Assembly: GCA_963706595.1 (NCBI GenBank)
Contig: OY970166.1
Coordinates: 3,040,001-3,104,000, forward strand
DNA length: 64,000 nt
Origin: an uncultured cyanobacterium
Lineage (GTDB): Bacteria; Cyanobacteriota; Cyanobacteriia; Cyanobacteriales; Nostocaceae
Direction of reading: 5' to 3'
The notes under the pieces were generated by a model that did no database searches, was not told where the DNA came from, and saw only the letters and a program-made list of their open reading frames with translations. The position numbers and the translations under genes are program-made. Positions 55,301-64,000 of this stretch are shown here, piece by piece (positions within the stretch are counted from its first letter, which is position 1; each line of letters starts with the position of its first letter).

Positions 55301-56610
55301 GCAAGCAAACAGCCATTGATGCCTTGGTGAAGTTAATCACCGACTCTAATGTGGATAACTATACCAAATACTACGCGGCATCTAGCTTAGGGCAGATTGA
55401 TCCACGCAAGCAAACAGCCATTGATGCCTTGGTGAAGTTAATCACCGACTCCAATGTGAATAACTATATTAAAAGCGTAGCAGCATCTAGCTTAGGGCAA
55501 ATTGGCTCTGGCAATCAAACAGCCATTGATGCCTTGGTGAAGTTAATCGCCGACTCCAATGTGGATAATAATACCAAATACTACGCGGCATCTAGCTTAG
55601 GGCAAATTGACCCATGCAAGCAAACAGCCATTGATGCCTTGGTGAAGTTAATCGCCGACTCCAATGTGGATAATAATACCAAACACCAAGCGGCATCTAG
55701 CTTAGGGCAAATTGGCTCTGGCAATCAAACAGCCATTGATGCCTTGGTGAAGTTAATCGCCGACTCCAATGTGGATAACTATACCAAATACTACGCGGCA
55801 TCTAGCTTAGGGCAAATTGGCTCTGGCAACCAAACAGCCATTGATGCCTTGGTGAACTTCATCGACGACTCCAATGTGAATAACTATATTAAAAGCGTAG
55901 CGGTATCTAGCTTAGGGGAAATTGGCTCTGGCAACCAAACAGCCATTGATGCCTTGGTGAACTTCATCGCCGACTCCAATGTGGATGACGATACCAAACA
56001 CCGTGCGGTATCTAGCTTAGGGAAAATTTTGACAAAAGAACACATGGCGAGTGTTGTCACTGTGTTGAAGAATTGTTTATCAGATGAAATTTATAAGAGT
56101 GATTTTGACATCTTCAAGGAATGTTACTCCCTCTTCTGGGACTGCGCCCAAAATCTAACCTACCCAGATTTTTATCAAGCATGGCACGCTGGGGAAGACT
56201 CAGAAAATTTAGATTCTCCTAGCGAGACTTTTACACCCCAAAACCTGCAAGCTGCCATTAACAGCGATCGCCTACTCAGTCAAACCATCCACCTCATCTG
56301 CATTGACACTAGCAAATTTATTGACCCCAATCACCCAGCATCTAAAATTTACACTGAAATCGTCAAAGCTGGCTGTCCCAAGTGCGAAGATGGTACACCA
56401 AAGACAATGACGGAACTTAAAACTTATTGGGACTTGCTAGAAACTGACAAACGTGTGGTTTTAGTGTTTTATCAAGGTATGGGTTCACAATCACAACAAT
56501 TAAGCGATCTCATCCTCAACCACCTCAGCAAATTTAACAATACCATTTGTGTCATCGGCGACCAAACAAGCGATGATATTTTAAATCGGCTGCGGAGTCT
56601 GCAAAGTTAA
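52327..56610 (+). CDS. NACHT (STAND) NTPase with HEAT-repeat array (NLR-like)
   Basis: Walker A GEPGAGKT, Walker B LLLDGVDE, NPLRL, FFHPNFQEYFAA, 15 x 35-aa HEAT repeats. Confidence 0.93.
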   Translation: MPRNICWDESVLENVLILVEALMQLSELQPENLQPKPPLYVQWEADNKLRVTGYETKPTRGKIARTVEVGTKKEHLLKLVTTVGKTLKLRQRRKGPVRSQLERELEEVQYFFDSLRELKLIDKFIQKQGYWKFTLTLKHQTASKQENLQVVKQKWNEHPKTKATSQIILTTDTSIDWRDICHKRLEKQQEDAQLRHKATEKGFEVNVYVPLGLVERKQQQRRGEHEQREQENPYALDKEVIVKTYERGDFLLQVIGQKPAGNHKHIAIIGEPGAGKTTLLTNIASFIKDTSEDLPIFISLANLQGKTIEDYLLKIWLTEAMRLVKVVVTPEIEDQLIERFRKGGVWLLLDGVDEMGENSPIQALSKINQALKQLPIEVRVVLTCRLNVWDANVNNTLTGFDIYKTQEFKPEQIDDFIQQWFTCAEKQQRGEELKAKLKAPKYEKICKLVTNPLRLALLCQTFYLDKQGELPETKAALYQRFTRYFYEWKPEQFCELINSDDVKDELHKALSKLAFAGINSAARFRLKRSLARQQMGEKLFKLACDVGWLNLVDRLAGTDEEVYAFFHPNFQEYFAALKVKDWREFFKPIPKKPTPDVYRIFEPQWKEVILLWLGREDVEPREKEAFIKALVEFDDQCGDWSNIHQVRHGYYEFRAYFLAAAGITEFKYFQAKEIVEQILRWGFGKFDIAKQQWVTFLYPIANGIKAALLQTERATAIDALVKLITDSNVDDSTKYYAASSLGQIGSGNQTAIDALVKLIADSNVDNNTKHQAASSLGQIGSGNQTAIDALVKLIADSNVDNNTKYYAASSLGQIGSGNQTAIDALVKLITDSNVGNYTKYYAASSLGQIHPGNQTAIDALEKLIANSNVDNYTKYYAASSLGQIDPRNQTAIDALVNFIADSNVDNYTKYYAASSLGQIGSGNQTAIDALVKLLADSNVDNYTKHKAAFSLGQIGSGNQTAIDALVKLIADSNVDNYTKYYAASSLGQIDPRKQTAIDALVKLITDSNVDNYTKYYAASSLGQIDPRKQTAIDALVKLITDSNVNNYIKSVAASSLGQIGSGNQTAIDALVKLIADSNVDNNTKYYAASSLGQIDPCKQTAIDALVKLIADSNVDNNTKHQAASSLGQIGSGNQTAIDALVKLIADSNVDNYTKYYAASSLGQIGSGNQTAIDALVNFIDDSNVNNYIKSVAVSSLGEIGSGNQTAIDALVNFIADSNVDDDTKHRAVSSLGKILTKEHMASVVTVLKNCLSDEIYKSDFDIFKECYSLFWDCAQNLTYPDFYQAWHAGEDSENLDSPSETFTPQNLQAAINSDRLLSQTIHLICIDTSKFIDPNHPASKIYTEIVKAGCPKCEDGTPKTMTELKTYWDLLETDKRVVLVFYQGMGSQSQQLSDLILNHLSKFNNTICVIGDQTSDDILNRLRSLQS
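54469..56028 (+). repeat. Coding tandem array, 15 x 105 bp
   Basis: acagccattgatgcctt recurs every 105 nt from 54469 to 55939. Confidence 0.97.
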
Positions 56611-56768
56611 TTCAGCGTTAGCCAAGAGAGATGCCAAGTTTCTCCATTGATCGCGATCGCATCATATCTGCAACTCGGTAGTGCAGTGAACTTACTCCAG
56701 GCTTTTTTTAGTTCAGTTGAACTCCCTTCTATTTGGTAAAATCTAGGGTGAGCCAGAGGAGAACAGAC

Positions 56769-57503
56769 ATGGTAGCCGCCCAAACGAATTTAAATATTTC
56801 TGCCTTAGAAGGAGAATATAGTCAAAGAACACCCAGAGAAATTATCAAATTTGCCTTAGAGACTTATCACAATCTCTCGATTTCTTTTAGTGGTGCTGAG
56901 GATGTTGTTCTGATTGATATCGCCTCAAAAATTACCAAAGATTTCCGTGTTTTTACACTCGATACCGGACGCTTGCACCCAGAAACTTATCAGTTATTGG
57001 ATCAGGTTCGAGAACATTATGGGATTAAATTAGAAGTTCAATTCCCGGATGCTGCGGAAGTACAAGCTTTAGTCGAAGAAAAGGGATTGTTTAGTTTCTA
57101 TCAAGATGGTCACAAAGAATGCTGCGGAGTTCGCAAAGTTAGACCATTACGCCGCAAACTCAATACCCTTGATGCTTGGATTACCGGACAACGCAAAGAC
57201 CAAAGTCCTAGTACCCGCAATCATATTCCTGTAATTGAAGTTGATACTGCTTTCTCTACCCCAGACCATCAGTTAATTAAATTTAACCCTTTAGCAAACT
57301 GGTCTTCCACACGGGTGTGGGAATACATTCGCGCTTTCAATGTGCCTTATAATAAGTTGCACGAACGCGGTTTTATCAGCATCGGTTGCGAACCTTGCAC
57401 TCGACCTGTGTTACCTAGCCAGCATGAACGCGAAGGTCGCTGGTGGTGGGAAGAATCCACAATGAAAGAGTGCGGTTTACACGCTGGGAATTTAGAAAAA
57501 TAG
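56769..57503 (+). CDS. cysH: APS/PAPS reductase, Fe-S-containing type
   Basis: [33 protein letters not shown]. Confidence 0.93.
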   Translation: MVAAQTNLNISALEGEYSQRTPREIIKFALETYHNLSISFSGAEDVVLIDIASKITKDFRVFTLDTGRLHPETYQLLDQVREHYGIKLEVQFPDAAEVQALVEEKGLFSFYQDGHKECCGVRKVRPLRRKLNTLDAWITGQRKDQSPSTRNHIPVIEVDTAFSTPDHQLIKFNPLANWSSTRVWEYIRAFNVPYNKLHERGFISIGCEPCTRPVLPSQHEREGRWWWEESTMKECGLHAGNLEK

Positions 57504-57542
57504 TTAGATAGGCGATCGCCTTCGGTACGGTTTTGGCGATCG

Positions 57543-57812
57543 CTATCCTTTACGGCTTTTCCAGTATCCAGGTTCTCGACTGCAATTTTCTAGAAGCCGT
57601 CTTACTTGTGCTAAAGCCTCATCACCTGATATCGGCTCAACAGCACCGCTACGAATTTCATCTCGCCGTCGCTTTGCTTCAGTCGTCCAAGCAGCCTCAA
57701 AAATTGGATCAATATCAAATTCTAGGCTTTCGACGAGTTTTTCTGCTAAAAAAGCTCTAGATTCGTTTGGTAAAGATAATGCTTCTTGCATCAGTTGTTC
57801 AATAGACAACAT
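57543..57812 (-). CDS. Addiction-module antitoxin (TIGR02574-like) with a toxin-derived tail
   Basis: ALSLPNESRAFLAEKLVESL..AWTTEAKRR; tail CSREPGYWKSR. Confidence 0.8.
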   Translation of the reverse strand: MLSIEQLMQEALSLPNESRAFLAEKLVESLEFDIDPIFEAAWTTEAKRRRDEIRSGAVEPISGDEALAQVRRLLENCSREPGYWKSRKG

Positions 57813-57842
57813 AATCACACAAGTGGGGTTTAACTTCTGCTT

Positions 57843-58412
57843 TCAGTGTATCTCACCAATGGGAAACAGCCCTGACAACTCAATCATAAAACTATCTCGC
57901 AGATGAAAATCAGCCTCTACTCCTCGATGAACTAACGCCCAATAAATAATATTACTGTGTACATCTTCCACGACAGTAGTAATTGCAACTTCTATTTCTT
58001 GTTCTATAGCTACGATTTTACTCAAATCCACATCCAAAACCAGTGTTAAACTATCCGATGCTTTCTGGACACTAAAGGGAAGAATATTAAAAGCTGTTTC
58101 CTCTTGCATTCCTTGACGGTAGCCATCAAAATGATAAACATTCCAATGTCCAGCAGGGGAAAGGTTAAACTCCCAATACTGGGCAGAATCTTTGATACCA
58201 ACAAAAAACTCAAAACAAGTACTTTCCCATAGTTCATGCGATCGCACTGGTGTATCTGATATCGGGGGAATAACGACTTGTTTTAAGTCACCGAAAAGCT
58301 GATAACGGAGGCTAAGTTTATTTGCACATCGAGCAATATTACCTGTAATTTGTAAATTAGGTAGAGATTCTTTTGAGGGAAAGGGTTGTAGAGAAAATGT
58401 CTGATTTTTCAT
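57843..58412 (-). CDS. DOMON-like domain protein
   Basis: LWESTCFEFF, YWEFNLSPAGHW, YWAL..ADFH. Confidence 0.8.
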   Translation of the reverse strand: MKNQTFSLQPFPSKESLPNLQITGNIARCANKLSLRYQLFGDLKQVVIPPISDTPVRSHELWESTCFEFFVGIKDSAQYWEFNLSPAGHWNVYHFDGYRQGMQEETAFNILPFSVQKASDSLTLVLDVDLSKIVAIEQEIEVAITTVVEDVHSNIIYWALVHRGVEADFHLRDSFMIELSGLFPIGEIH

Positions 58413-59509
58413 CTCAAATCTGCGATAATTTGGCGAATCTTGATTTCTTGAGCTTCGATACTTTCAGTCAGCTTAAACTGGACTAACGCCCTGGCTAAAT
58501 TATGTTCTGGATACTTAATTTTGAAGTAGACATTTCCCGCTAAATAGTCAGTAAAGAATCTCAGCCCTAACTCAAAGGTAATCAGACGAATAGCAGCGTA
58601 AATGTAGCTATAGTCATTCTCTGTGAGAAAAGCTTGAGCAACATCAAGATAACCCTGTAAAATTCCTTGACACAAGTCTGTATCAAAATAAACCTTTTCC
58701 CAATCTTCTGTTTCTTCTCCCACCGGATTGCAACCCGACCGCAAACAGTCGCCAATGTCGTAATGTATTAATCCCGGCTTTACGGTGTCGAGGTCAATAA
58801 TGCTAACTGCTTGCTGTGTAGTAGTATCAAACAATACGTTATTTATTTTGGGGTCGCCATGTATAAGGCGTAATGGTAGTTTGCCTGTAGCTTTGGCATC
58901 TTCTAAAATATTTGCAAAGCTGGTGCGACTGCTGACAAATTGTAAGCAATAATCAACCTCTGGGGATGTGTGCGGGGAATTTCTCCTCAGTATATCCTCG
59001 TACTGCTGAAGATAAACTGGTGTAATATGAAATCCTGGTAAAGTATCCGCCAGTTTTGCGGGGGGTAAATCACTGATCAGATTGTGGAACATTCCCAAGG
59101 CATAACCGATTTCTGAAGCGTATGAAATATCTGGCAAAGTGTCGAATGATTGGGCGTTTTTCACGAAGCTGATAGCCCGCCAGCAGCCATTATTCTGGTC
59201 TATCCAGAGGTTTTGAGTATCCTGAGTTAATAACACACGGGGAACCTCCCAGCGCCGGTTGGTTGGAGTAAGTTTTAGATTCTGGCTAACATGATCTGTT
59301 AAAATCTGCATATTCTGCATCACCAGTTTTGGCTGCCCAAACACCTGTGTATTGATGCGTTGCAGCACAAAATGCTTTTTCTCTGACGAATCCAAAGTTA
59401 CCAGAAAAGTGTCATTAATATTACCATTTCCCAACGATTGAATGCCCGTAACTTGACCTTGAGACGTGAATTTTTCGGCTATAGCAATTAAATTGATCTC
59501 TTTTGTCAT
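58409..59509 (-). CDS. APH-superfamily sugar kinase (N-acetylhexosamine 1-kinase-like)
   Basis: GNGNINDTF, LQRIN, HGDPKINN, IDLDT. Confidence 0.85.
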   Translation of the reverse strand: MTKEINLIAIAEKFTSQGQVTGIQSLGNGNINDTFLVTLDSSEKKHFVLQRINTQVFGQPKLVMQNMQILTDHVSQNLKLTPTNRRWEVPRVLLTQDTQNLWIDQNNGCWRAISFVKNAQSFDTLPDISYASEIGYALGMFHNLISDLPPAKLADTLPGFHITPVYLQQYEDILRRNSPHTSPEVDYCLQFVSSRTSFANILEDAKATGKLPLRLIHGDPKINNVLFDTTTQQAVSIIDLDTVKPGLIHYDIGDCLRSGCNPVGEETEDWEKVYFDTDLCQGILQGYLDVAQAFLTENDYSYIYAAIRLITFELGLRFFTDYLAGNVYFKIKYPEHNLARALVQFKLTESIEAQEIKIRQIIADLR

Positions 59510-59633
59510 GTTCTTTGACCTGCACTACTCCCCACATACACTGCACAACAGCTTAGGGGATATAGTAGCCTAAGTTTCACTTCAAGAGAATTACGGGCGA
59601 TACCTACGGTAAGCTACGCTAACGCACAAAGTT

Positions 59634-59969
59634 TTAAGCAACACCATAATCTGTGTACTGCCGTTTGAAAGGAGGTTGCAAACCCAAGATAATATCTTCT
59701 CGTGGTACTCCCATTTCAACTAATTCCTCAGCCGGATTCTGATCAGTTAAATTCTGCTGAAGCCAAATTTTGCCATTTTTAATGTCGAAATGCATAACAC
59801 ATCGATAAACCCGATTAAATTGCTGCCAACCCACATTCATCCACTGGTAATGGTTATGCTCAGTATCTAAGATGAGTTGAACTTCTACGTCCTGATCTGA
59901 GACATCATTACTAGCATAACGAGTCAGTAGTGTTTTAATACATTCCTGATATTTTGCTACTTTATCCAC
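59634..59969 (-). CDS. xisI: XisI-family protein
   Basis: HYQWMNVGW, HFDIKNGKIWLQ, GVPREDIILG. Confidence 0.92.
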   Translation of the reverse strand: MDKVAKYQECIKTLLTRYASNDVSDQDVEVQLILDTEHNHYQWMNVGWQQFNRVYRCVMHFDIKNGKIWLQQNLTDQNPAEELVEMGVPREDIILGLQPPFKRQYTDYGVA

Positions 59970-60382
59970 TGCACAATCACCTCATTTGCTGGATCATATA
60001 CAATTAGTGGTATTTGATATTGTTGTACCGCAATTTTGGTAAACTCAAGTTGAAAAAATGTTTGGTATGTATCCAAAGGAACCGCCAAGTATAATAATCT
60101 TTCTGGTTCAGTGGCTGCCAATGCCAGGCGATAACTGAGAAACTGTCCCAAGGCAGAGTAAAAATCTGTGATTGCAGAAGGATTTAGAAAGCTTTTGATC
60201 TCAATTGCTATTTTCTCTCCGGCTTTCTCAGCAGCAATCAATTTCTCCGCGCCCAGGTCAATCTGAAAATTGATATCGCCGAATTTAAACTTAAGTGGGT
60301 CGTTTGTAATTAACCACTGCTCTTTTTGAAGAGCTTGTTTTACCATTTCGTGAAAGATATCTTTGGCAGACACTTTATCCAC
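59957..60382 (-). CDS. xisH: XisH-family PD-(D/E)XK protein
   Basis: SAKDIFH, IDLGAE, EIKSF, ALGQF. Confidence 0.92.
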   Translation of the reverse strand: MDKVSAKDIFHEMVKQALQKEQWLITNDPLKFKFGDINFQIDLGAEKLIAAEKAGEKIAIEIKSFLNPSAITDFYSALGQFLSYRLALAATEPERLLYLAVPLDTYQTFFQLEFTKIAVQQYQIPLIVYDPANEVIVQWIK

Positions 60383-60416
60383 TCGTCCTTTTTTACTTTA
60401 GCTTCCCAGCAGAAAT

Positions 60417-61586
60417 TCAACCCAACGCTTCAAACTGCTGCCAGCAAAGATATAATGCACGGGGTACATGAAAACAGCCCTTCCATTTACCACCTTTAAG
60501 ATTTAACAATACTTCCCCCCGACGATTGAGATAGCCGAACCACTCGCCGTATTCTGGATCGGCAAAGTGTGACCAAGTATAATCGTGCATCTTTTGATAC
60601 CATTCCCCACACTCAGCACGCCCTGTCAAGCGATCGCCCATTGCTAACGCCACTAGAGACTCTAAATGCACCCACCACAACTTTTGATCCCATTCCAGTT
60701 GCTGGGGAGGATGACCGTCTGCATCCATAAAGTAATATAATCCGCCGTACTCATTATCCCAGGCAAAATTGAGGATATTTAGCACCACATCAACGGCTTG
60801 ATTAATCGTCTGAGTATCCTTTGTCCGGTTGGCGATATCCATAATAAACCACATGGCCTCGATACCGTGACCAGGATTAATTAACCGCCCTTCAAAGCAA
60901 TCAATGTGGGAACCATCAGGGGCGACATTTTCATACATCAGCCCCCGTTTCTGGTCGAGAAAATCCGTCATTACTTCTTGAACAGTGCTAGCCAGGACAT
61001 TTTCCAGGGTTTCACTGGGTAGCAGCCATTCCATTTCTAGAGTCAGATTGGCTAAAATCATCGGTACAGCCAAAGATTTCATCGGGCGTGTACCGGGATA
61101 GGTCTTGTTATATTTACCTTTAGGATTATCTTTGCGGCGCAACACATTATTATAAGCTTGCATTGCTACGTCCTTAGCCCAATCTTCCCCAGAAGCTAAA
61201 GCATATTGACTAAATGCCATTGCTGCAAAACAATCAGAAAATATATTGTAAGGTTCTACCAGTGGCTGACCTTCACGGGTGAGGGCAAAGTACCAATTAC
61301 CTTCAGCGTCTCTACCATGTTGGGCGAGAAAATCAGCCCCATTTTTGGCAATTTTTAACCAGTTTTCTCGCTTTTCTAGCTGGTTGTACAGCATAGAGAA
61401 AGTCCAAATTTGGCGATTTTGCAACCAGATAAATTTGTCTGTGTCGTAGACCTCACCCTGACGGTTTAGACAGGTAAAATAGCCGCCTTGCTGCCAATCG
61501 AGTGAGTTTTTTTCCCAAAATGGAAGTACGTTATTGAGGAGAGTGTTTTTATAAAGTGCAGCCAGGGTTTTAAAGTCGTACTCCAT
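60417..61586 (-). CDS. N-acyl-D-glucosamine 2-epimerase (AGE)
   Basis: [34 protein letters not shown]. Confidence 0.93.
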   Translation of the reverse strand: MEYDFKTLAALYKNTLLNNVLPFWEKNSLDWQQGGYFTCLNRQGEVYDTDKFIWLQNRQIWTFSMLYNQLEKRENWLKIAKNGADFLAQHGRDAEGNWYFALTREGQPLVEPYNIFSDCFAAMAFSQYALASGEDWAKDVAMQAYNNVLRRKDNPKGKYNKTYPGTRPMKSLAVPMILANLTLEMEWLLPSETLENVLASTVQEVMTDFLDQKRGLMYENVAPDGSHIDCFEGRLINPGHGIEAMWFIMDIANRTKDTQTINQAVDVVLNILNFAWDNEYGGLYYFMDADGHPPQQLEWDQKLWWVHLESLVALAMGDRLTGRAECGEWYQKMHDYTWSHFADPEYGEWFGYLNRRGEVLLNLKGGKWKGCFHVPRALYLCWQQFEALG

Positions 61587-61665
61587 AGATTTCCTGCCAA
61601 AACTAATAACTTAATTATTATCAGTTACGACTAACGATTTAGGAATGCGGATTTAATAAAATATA

Positions 61666-61745
61666 GAACCTCACCCCCAACCCCTCTCCTTACTAAGGAG
61701 AGGGGAGTCTTGACTTTGAACAAAGTCAAAGGCGGGGTGAGGTTT
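61666..61745. repeat. REP-like multi-hairpin repeat
   Basis: cccctctcctta-c-taaggagagggg and tgactttg..caaagtca within aacctcaccc..gggtgaggtt. Confidence 0.7.
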
Positions 61746-61790
61746 CTTGACAATTATTATTAACCCGGTTAGGGAGTGGGAGATTAAGAA

Positions 61791-62108
61791 CTACTGCAAA
61801 GAACTACCCGTTTGAGACAGCATTTCTCCCAGTCGTTGCACCTTTGTGGCTACATCACCAGTAGCGTTAGCAGCTGCATTTTGAGTGTCTTCGCCCAAAT
61901 CGACCAGAATTTCTGCAATTGAGGAAGTATCGCCACTGGCGATCGCGTCTTTGAGTTCTCCCAAGTCTTCAGCCAGGTCAGTTCCTGATAGTTGTTGTTG
62001 CCACGTATTGATAATAGCCATCGCTTGATCGGTAGGGATGGATGTGAGGTCTCTTTGCAAAGCAGAGATGGTGCTGTCTATGTCAATGTTTTGGGTTGCA
62101 TCAGCCAT
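61791..62108 (-). CDS. Small acidic helical hypothetical protein
   Basis: MADATQNIDID...; AGGAG RBS before ATG 62108. Confidence 0.75.
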   Translation of the reverse strand: MADATQNIDIDSTISALQRDLTSIPTDQAMAIINTWQQQLSGTDLAEDLGELKDAIASGDTSSIAEILVDLGEDTQNAAANATGDVATKVQRLGEMLSQTGSSLQ

Positions 62109-62231
62109 AAGAAACTCCTGTGTTGAGTGGATCTCAATAATCCCCAATGGATTACTACCTGACCTCATTCTTCTCAAGATCAATACTTAAGTCCTCAGCC
62201 TAGAGTTATGTTCTCAAAGTTAGAGAATTTG

Positions 62232-62966
62232 TCAAAACTTGACTTTATATAAATCAAATAATTCTCCTGGTTGTCTCGCCACTACTTTTGCGCCATTAGC
62301 TTTGAGCATTTTTTCCCACTCAGCCACAGGTTCTAGAAAGACTTCAGCGCCTAAATATGTTTCCAAAACAGCCCAATCTTCGGCTAAAGGGTGTTCGGGA
62401 TTGAGGATGTCAAACACAAAATGTCCGTCTGGTTTCAAGACGCGCTTAACTTCTGCTAAGACGGCACTCCAATATTTTAGGGGAAAATAGCAGCTAAATC
62501 CTGTGGCGATCGCCAGATCAAATTGGTCTGCGGAGTAGTTTAATTGATGGGCTGGCCCCAACTCCACACCTTTGAACAGCTTAGAATTCAATTGCGGTCC
62601 ACGAGAAGTGAGGGTATCCCGTGCCACTGTGCTAATTTCTTGACCATAAAAGTATGCTAACCAATCCCGCCAAGGATAGATTAAAAAGCTGACACCACAG
62701 CCAATATCCAAACAGTGCTGGTTTTTTTTCGGTTGAGCAATTTCCCAAAAAGGAGAGGCAATTTTCCCAGACAACAGACCAGTCACCCATTCTTGATAGA
62801 TGGGCATTTCCTGTACTTCTGCTGGTAATTCCAAATCTTGCTTTTGATACTGTCGGTTAAAGCGATACCCCACCTGCGCCACTCTCTCCTGCCAGTTTTC
62901 TGAGTTATGGGGAGTTTGGGAGGGAAAAAGCTCAATTGGGTCTGGTGAATTCCGCTTTTTAGACAT
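62232..62966 (-). CDS. Class I SAM-dependent methyltransferase
   Basis: CLDIGCG, FDLAIA, RVLKPDG. Confidence 0.9.
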   Translation of the reverse strand: MSKKRNSPDPIELFPSQTPHNSENWQERVAQVGYRFNRQYQKQDLELPAEVQEMPIYQEWVTGLLSGKIASPFWEIAQPKKNQHCLDIGCGVSFLIYPWRDWLAYFYGQEISTVARDTLTSRGPQLNSKLFKGVELGPAHQLNYSADQFDLAIATGFSCYFPLKYWSAVLAEVKRVLKPDGHFVFDILNPEHPLAEDWAVLETYLGAEVFLEPVAEWEKMLKANGAKVVARQPGELFDLYKVKF

Positions 62967-63122
62967 TCTGTCTCTGCTGCTCCTAGATTATTTTTAGGTT
63001 AAGTTCTAGTGTAGCTAAATGGAGTCTGGGGACTGGTAACGAAAAATCAAGCCTTTTTAAGGTATCTTGCAGGTTTTTACATTTATAGCAATCTTATTCT
63101 TATTTGATTTGCAAACACGCTC

Positions 63123-63155
63123 AGATCCCCGACTTCTTGAAGAAGTCGGGGATCT
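63123..63155. repeat. REP-like palindrome
   Basis: agatccccgacttctt-g-aagaagtcggggatct. Confidence 0.75.
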
Positions 63156-63232
63156 TTTAGATTCGTAGGATCTGTTTTTTAGATGAAGGCTGAATATTTG
63201 ACAGTTGAGAAACTTGAGTAGATGGATTTGAT

Positions 63233-64000
63233 TTATGAGAGCAAACCTTCAGGAACATTCACGGCTGAATCTAATCCTTGCACATCTTTCCAGTTTGTAT
63301 CCTCATTCCAAATAATTGTGTTGAGGTCAGCGCCTGAAAGGTTAGCGCCATAGAGGTCAGCACCTGAAAGGTTAGCACCTAAGAGGTTAACGCCATAGAG
63401 GTAAGCGCCATAGAGGTTAGCTCCTATGAGGTTAGCGCCTGAGAGGTAAGCACCTATGAGGTTAGCGGTTGTGAGGTTAGCTCCTATGAGGTAAGCGCTA
63501 TAAAGTTTAGAGACGGAGAGGTTAGCTCCTATGAGGTTAGCTCCTATAAGGTTAGCGGTTGTGAGGTTACTGCCTGAGAGGTCAGTCCCTGAGAGGTTAG
63601 CGCCTGAGAGGTCAGCGCCTGAGAGGTAAGCACCTATGAGGTTAGCGCCTGAGAGGTTAACGCCATAGAGGTAAGAACCAACAGTTTTTAAGAAAGTATC
63701 TAAAATAACACTGTTGCTGTAACTAATAATCCGAAGTAATCGCTGGTCATCAAAATTATCACAGTCTTCTTTACCACATGGATAAAAAATAATCTGATCT
63801 TTTAATTCATTTTTAGCTTGAGCATACCGATTTACTTCTAAAAGTAAAATCATCACATTCAGCCCAGCATAAATATCTACCTCTCTCAAATCCAGCGATA
63901 TATTTTGTGCCTTGAATGTTTGCATTTGATTTAGAGGCAGATTATTCGGGTGTCCACTAATAAATTTCCCTTGACACCAATCAAGATAAAAATACTCCAA
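63233..64000 (-). CDS. Pentapeptide-repeat protein, 3' part (starts beyond the window)
   Basis: A(N/D/Y)L(S/I/Y)G repeats from 15-nt units, about 63324-63675; frame open to the window edge. Confidence 0.9.
   Translation of the reverse strand: MEYFYLDWCQGKFISGHPNNLPLNQMQTFKAQNISLDLREVDIYAGLNVMILLLEVNRYAQAKNELKDQIIFYPCGKEDCDNFDDQRLLRIISYSNSVILDTFLKTVGSYLYGVNLSGANLIGAYLSGADLSGANLSGTDLSGSNLTTANLIGANLIGANLSVSKLYSAYLIGANLTTANLIGAYLSGANLIGANLYGAYLYGVNLLGANLSGADLYGANLSGADLNTIIWNEDTNWKDVQGLDSAVNVPEGLLS

Noticed and set aside
54469..56028. 105-bp array as a CRISPR array or a TAL effector
   Set aside because: There are no unique spacers and the units are in frame. The 35-aa unit fits the HEAT consensus, not the TALE LTPxQVVAIAS consensus, despite the variable residue pair.
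59634..60382. xisHI as an fdxN-type excision element
   Set aside because: No recombinase or interrupted nif/fdxN gene nearby; xisHI pairs are commonly dispersed.

Overview
Chromosomal window from a heterocyst-forming cyanobacterium (Nostocales-like). Evidence: frequent HIP1 GCGATCGC octamers, STRR heptamer tracts and hepC/hepA. Left part: psbO, a SigF-type sigma factor with a PilP-like lipoprotein, a GC-richer sbtAB bicarbonate cassette flanked by fragments of a second sbtA/sbtB pair, psaI, an intact IS4 element nested in smaller repeats, rubA-ycf48-psbEFLJ, ndhCKJ, a small accessory patch (AT-rich orphan gene, vapBC, Uma2) and ftsH. Middle: a PatA-family regulator divergent from a vWA/PP2C/kinase-TPR (TerY-P-like) triad, then the heterocyst envelope polysaccharide (HEP) island, about 30.5-51.6 kb, with five single-base frameshifts. 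Right part: an NLR-like NACHT protein with 15 near-identical 105-bp HEAT repeats facing a small ORF with a hairpin-masked RBS, cysH, a collapsed toxin-antitoxin pair, an epimerase/kinase/DOMON sugar cluster interrupted by xisHI, and a partial pentapeptide-repeat gene. No rRNA, tRNA or CRISPR array was seen. All calls come from motif recognition by eye; no searches were run.
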